From: Patescibacteria group bacterium
Lineage (GTDB): Bacteria; Patescibacteriota; Microgenomatia; Daviesbacterales; UBA10151
Assembly: GCA_943356485.1 (NCBI GenBank)
Contig: CALRFD010000007.1
Span: 1-60,859 of the forward strand
Direction of reading: 5' to 3'
Length of the DNA: 60,859 nucleotides
Part shown: in pieces, positions 57,004 to 60,859 of the stretch
Layout of the letters: each line of letters begins with the position of its first letter
Numbering within the stretch: the first letter of the stretch is position 1
The notes under the pieces: model-generated
Seen by the model: only the letters and a program-made list of their open reading frames with translations
Databases searched by the model: none
Told to the model about the DNA's origin: nothing
Translations under genes and position numbers: made by a program

Positions 57004-58101
57004 TTAAGTTTGCTGTTTTGAAATGTTTAATAAAATTCCAACAGCAGTTAGATTTACCACCAAGGCAGAACCGCCATATGAGATAAACGGTAGCGGCACT
57101 CCGGTTAGCGGAAGCAGAGCCGTCATTGATGATAGATTAATAACTACTTGTATTCCAAGCCACGAAGTAAACCCCAAAGCTAAAATTTTTCCAAATAAAT
57201 CCTGCGAATTTTGGGCAATTTTAAATCCTCTGTACAGTAAAAATATAAACAGCATAATCAAAAAAAATGAACCTATAAATCCCAGTTCTTCGCCAATAAT
57301 CCCAAAGATGGAGTCTGTTGATACCTCCGGGATATATTCAAATTTTTGCCTCGAATGTCCTAAACCTAATCCAAACAAGCCTCCTGAGCCCAAAGCTATT
57401 AAAACCTGAGAGATATGGTAGGTAAAACCCTGTGGATCGGAAAAAGGGTCTAAGAAAGCAAGAACTCTTTTGCTCCTGTAGCCTGACGAAACTACCAATA
57501 ATAAAACCCCTCCCAATCCAAAAGGAATTAAGGCTAAAAAATGCCAAAGCGGACCGCCACTGGCAAGATACAAAAGCACAGTAGTTGCGATAAATACAAT
57601 TGATGAACCTAAATCTTTTTGTAAAACAGCAGTTATAAAAGTCACAAATCCAACCAATAAGATAAATGGTAAAACCTTTGTTTTGTTTTCAAAGATCTTG
57701 GCAAGAAAAATTACCCCTGCCAGTTTAATAATTTCAGCCGGCTGCAAGGTAAGAGGGCCAATTTTTAACCAACGGTGCGCTCCCCCTCCTGCAATCCCCA
57801 ACCCTGGGATAAACACAGCAACAAGCAGTACAAGTGAAAGAAATAAGATGTATGAGGCCATTTTTTTAAACCTTCTATAATCAAAATTTATAAAAAAAAC
57901 CATTGAAAATAATCCGATTAAAACCCAGATCATTTGTTGTCTGATGTAATAATATCCATCCTTAAAATCCTTGAGGGCTTGAATTAAAGAAGCATCATAA
58001 ACCATAATCAGCCCAAAAATGATTAGAATAGATACAACTATTAAAAGAGGAAGGTCGATATTTTTTTTCTGAGAATGCAAACGGCTTTTTGGAAAATTCA
58101 T
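57004..58101 (-). CDS. ftsW: Cell division SEDS protein FtsW
   Basis: RW...G...QPAE, GLGHSRQK, GVPLPFISYGGS; dcw context. Confidence 0.93.
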   Translation of the reverse strand: MNFPKSRLHSQKKNIDLPLLIVVSILIIFGLIMVYDASLIQALKDFKDGYYYIRQQMIWVLIGLFSMVFFINFDYRRFKKMASYILFLSLVLLVAVFIPGLGIAGGGAHRWLKIGPLTLQPAEIIKLAGVIFLAKIFENKTKVLPFILLVGFVTFITAVLQKDLGSSIVFIATTVLLYLASGGPLWHFLALIPFGLGGVLLLVVSSGYRSKRVLAFLDPFSDPQGFTYHISQVLIALGSGGLFGLGLGHSRQKFEYIPEVSTDSIFGIIGEELGFIGSFFLIMLFIFLLYRGFKIAQNSQDLFGKILALGFTSWLGIQVVINLSSMTALLPLTGVPLPFISYGGSALVVNLTAVGILLNISKQQT

Positions 58102-58105
58102 AAAT

Positions 58106-59116
58106 TTACTTGGAAAGTAAGGCTATCCAAATACCCAAAATGGCAAATAATCCTTGCGCAAGCCAAAAACGTGTTACTATTTTGGGTTCTTCCCAACCAA
58201 CATATTTAAAATACATATGAATTGGCGCAACAGTAAATATTTTTCTTTTGAGAATTTTTTTAGCAAGTATCTGCAAAAGAGAAGAAGCGGCGATTATTAC
58301 AAACATACCTCCAATTATTGCCAAGGCTAAAATTTTCCCGGTCAAAAGTCCAACAACCGCCAGCGTTGCTCCGAATGCAAACGCCCCGGCATCTCCTAAG
58401 AAAATCCTTGCCGGCCAAACATTAAAATAAAGATAGGCAAATAAAGCCCCAATCCAAATACCTATGAAGGTGGCCAGAGTTAAATCTAGCAACCTGGAAG
58501 TTAAGGCTAAAAAAGCAAACAAACAAATAAGCAATAGTCCTGCTGATAGTCCATCCAGACCGTCAGAAATATTATAAGCATTAGAAAAAGCTACAATAAC
58601 AAAAGCTGCCAGAGGAATATACCAAATATTAATAATGAAATTCCCGAGACCTGCAATATATAGATTATTTAACCCTGCTAAGAAAAAAAGCATGGTGGAT
58701 ATAATTATTGCCAGTACTACTTGTGCTAAAAATAACTGTTTCCTGCCTAATCCTAAAAACTTACCCTTCCTCCTTGATAGAATTAATTTAACATCATCGA
58801 TTAGTCCTAAAGAGCCAAACGATAAGAGAGTAAATAATAAAATAATTAAACTAATTTTATCAACAGAGTAACTAAAAAATGCATAAATCACGCTTAAAAT
58901 AACTAAAATTAAAATTAAAAGAATCCCTCCTCCTGAAGGTGTTGTTTCATCAGATTTCATCAATTTATCATGAATAGGGGTTTCAGTTTTTTTTACTAAC
59001 TCAGCATTTTTTCTTTCAAATCGGTTTTTTAAAAAAAATAACAGGTCTATAAAAGGCACCATACAGATGCCGGTTATAATAAATGACAGTATAACGAGTC
59101 CCAAAAGGCTAATCAT
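58106..59116 (-). CDS. mraY: Phospho-N-acetylmuramoyl-pentapeptide transferase
   Basis: TP.GGG, NAYNISDGLDGL, IFLGD.G, APIH, GWEE. Confidence 0.95.
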   Translation of the reverse strand: MISLLGLVILSFIITGICMVPFIDLLFFLKNRFERKNAELVKKTETPIHDKLMKSDETTPSGGGILLILILVILSVIYAFFSYSVDKISLIILLFTLLSFGSLGLIDDVKLILSRRKGKFLGLGRKQLFLAQVVLAIIISTMLFFLAGLNNLYIAGLGNFIINIWYIPLAAFVIVAFSNAYNISDGLDGLSAGLLLICLFAFLALTSRLLDLTLATFIGIWIGALFAYLYFNVWPARIFLGDAGAFAFGATLAVVGLLTGKILALAIIGGMFVIIAASSLLQILAKKILKRKIFTVAPIHMYFKYVGWEEPKIVTRFWLAQGLFAILGIWIALLSK

Positions 59117-60309
59117 TTTTTTACAATTCTTTTTACCACTTCATCCAGTCTAACTGCTCTGGATCCTTTTATCAAACAGACATCTCCCTTTCCAAGAGTT
59201 CTCAGTAGCTTGTTGACTATTTGTGAATTTTGTAAATTCGACTCTATTCTTTCTTCTAAAAAACCCAAATCCTTTAGTTCGGCTTCAATAAATCTAGTTT
59301 CTCCCTGACCGAGTAAAACTAAATCCATCTTTTCTTTATATATTCTTTGAGCTACTTTTCTATGTAGACCTTCGGAAAAATCACCCAGATCTTTCATTTC
59401 TCCGAGCACCACTATCCTCCTTCTGGCAGGAAGTTCAAGTAATGTGTCAATTGCATGCTCAAGAGTCGCCGGAGATGAATTATATGTATCATCTATAATA
59501 ACCGAATTATTTGGACCTTCTAATACCTGCATGCAATGATCCAAAACTTCAATCGATTCCAGTGCTGACTTTATTTTAGTTAAGGAAATACCGGAAACTA
59601 TACCTAATGTAGCAGCAGCCATAGTAGGATAAATTTGATGATAACCTAAAAGCTGTAGATTTATCTTTACTCTTTCAACACCAAGGTTCAATTCAAAATT
59701 TGTTTTAAAATTCTCTATTTTTATGTTTCCTGCCCAAACAGTACAATTTTTTGAATCAGTACCAAAATATACTATAGTTCCTTTGCATTTTTCTGCTAAT
59801 TTTCTACAATAAAGATCATCCCAATTTAAAATCGCAATCCCTTCTTTATCTAAGCTTTCTATTAACTTACCTTTCTCCCCTGCAACCTCATTTAAATCCC
59901 CTAAATATTGATTATTCGCATAAGCAATCCTGGTAATTATCGCTATACGGGGTCTTACTAAAGATAAATAAAAATCCATCTCTCCTTTATATTCAATCCC
60001 CATTTCTAGAACTACCTTATTATAAGAAGGGTTTAGCTTAAGAATAGTCTCAGGGATATTAAGAATAGGATTTGAATTACGTTTTGTCGATATAGTTTTA
60101 TATTTTTGAGATAAAACTGCAACAGATGCCTCCATGCAGGTTGTCTTACCAACAGACCCGGTAATACCAATAAACATTTCACCGGGAAAAAGTTTTGCAA
60201 ACTGCCGAGCCGCATAAATTTTAAAAAGATGTAACGGCTTTTTATATCCCGAGACCAATGTCTTAGAAGTAGTTATCTGAGTCCAAATAGGGTGGTTTGT
60301 AATATCCAT
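59113..60309 (-). CDS. murF: UDP-MurNAc-tripeptide:D-Ala-D-Ala ligase
   Basis: GITGSVGKTT, VLEMG, DDTYNSSP, LGEM, KGSR. Confidence 0.92.
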   Translation of the reverse strand: MDITNHPIWTQITTSKTLVSGYKKPLHLFKIYAARQFAKLFPGEMFIGITGSVGKTTCMEASVAVLSQKYKTISTKRNSNPILNIPETILKLNPSYNKVVLEMGIEYKGEMDFYLSLVRPRIAIITRIAYANNQYLGDLNEVAGEKGKLIESLDKEGIAILNWDDLYCRKLAEKCKGTIVYFGTDSKNCTVWAGNIKIENFKTNFELNLGVERVKINLQLLGYHQIYPTMAAATLGIVSGISLTKIKSALESIEVLDHCMQVLEGPNNSVIIDDTYNSSPATLEHAIDTLLELPARRRIVVLGEMKDLGDFSEGLHRKVAQRIYKEKMDLVLLGQGETRFIEAELKDLGFLEERIESNLQNSQIVNKLLRTLGKGDVCLIKGSRAVRLDEVVKRIVKK

Positions 60310-60324
60310 AAAAAAATTATGAAT

Positions 60325-60859
60325 TTAATCTGCCGATCTTTCAATGTCACCGCCAATACTCCTAAGTTTTCCTGCTACATCTTCATATCCTCTTTCAATA
60401 AGTTCTGCCTGATTAATAATGCTTTTACCTTTTGCAACTAAGGAGGCTAAAACTAAAGCCATTCCGGCCCGAATATCCGGAGTTTCCAATACCCTGGCTT
60501 TAAGCTTTGTCGGACCATAAACAAATACTCTGTGGGGATCAGCCAAAGTTATATTTGCCCCCATAGATATTAACTTATCCACAAAAAACATTCTTGATTC
60601 ATACATCCAATCATGACAAAGAATTACTCCTTTTGATTGAGTGGCTAATACTATCATTACACTCATTAAGTCTGTTGGAAAACCCGGCCAAATATTTGTA
60701 ATTATTTTTCTAGGCGATTTTAAATGTTCTGCCCAAACATTAACGCTTGTACCTTTTTGCTCAATCTTAACCCCAAATTCTCGAAGAGGACAAAATACCG
60801 GGTCAAGATCCGTTGTATCTAATCCTTCGACTTCCAGTCTCCCTCCGGTAATAGCAGCC
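60325..60859 (-). CDS. murA: UDP-GlcNAc 1-carboxyvinyltransferase (3' part; starts beyond window)
   Basis: Frame stays open upstream of the track start (WPGFPTDL); DIRAG and IERGYE motifs. Confidence 0.93.
   Translation of the reverse strand, partial: AAITGGRLEVEGLDTTDLDPVFCPLREFGVKIEQKGTSVNVWAEHLKSPRKIITNIWPGFPTDLMSVMIVLATQSKGVILCHDWMYESRMFFVDKLISMGANITLADPHRVFVYGPTKLKARVLETPDIRAGMALVLASLVAKGKSIINQAELIERGYEDVAGKLRSIGGDIERSAD

Noticed and set aside
1-60859. CRISPR array or cas genes
   Set aside because: Repeats are dispersed palindromes, not regularly spaced direct repeats with unique spacers; no Cas-like ORF was seen.

Overview
Low-GC chromosomal segment whose gene set and style (minimal dcw cluster, ppsA-ldhA, many membrane glycosyltransferases, apparently leaderless starts) fit a Patescibacteria/CPR bacterium, probably Microgenomates (inference). 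The backbone is housekeeping: dnaE, gatCAB, htpX/lemA, a MacAB-like ABC module with an OmpR-family two-component system, lepB, parB, rplU-rpmA, rodA, ileS, ftsZAQ-murG-ftsW-mraY-murF-murA and four tRNAs. The most striking region is a ~6.9-kb cassette (23025-29916) bounded by inverted REP-like hairpins. It encodes a transglutaminase-VWA fusion, a MoxR/AAA_5-type ATPase, and two otherwise unrelated genes sharing a near-identical 19-aa N-terminal leader; a third leader copy is cut off at the right hairpin. One leader gene ends in a C-type-lectin-like tail with a DGR variable-region codon signature, but I saw no reverse transcriptase or template repeat in this window. Two RAYT-like Y1 transposases and several short palindrome families are present. 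Palindromes sit in frame inside murG, gatB, a GT4 gene and one RAYT, and three tRNAs are each preceded by a tRNA 5'-end pseudo-copy interrupted by hairpins.
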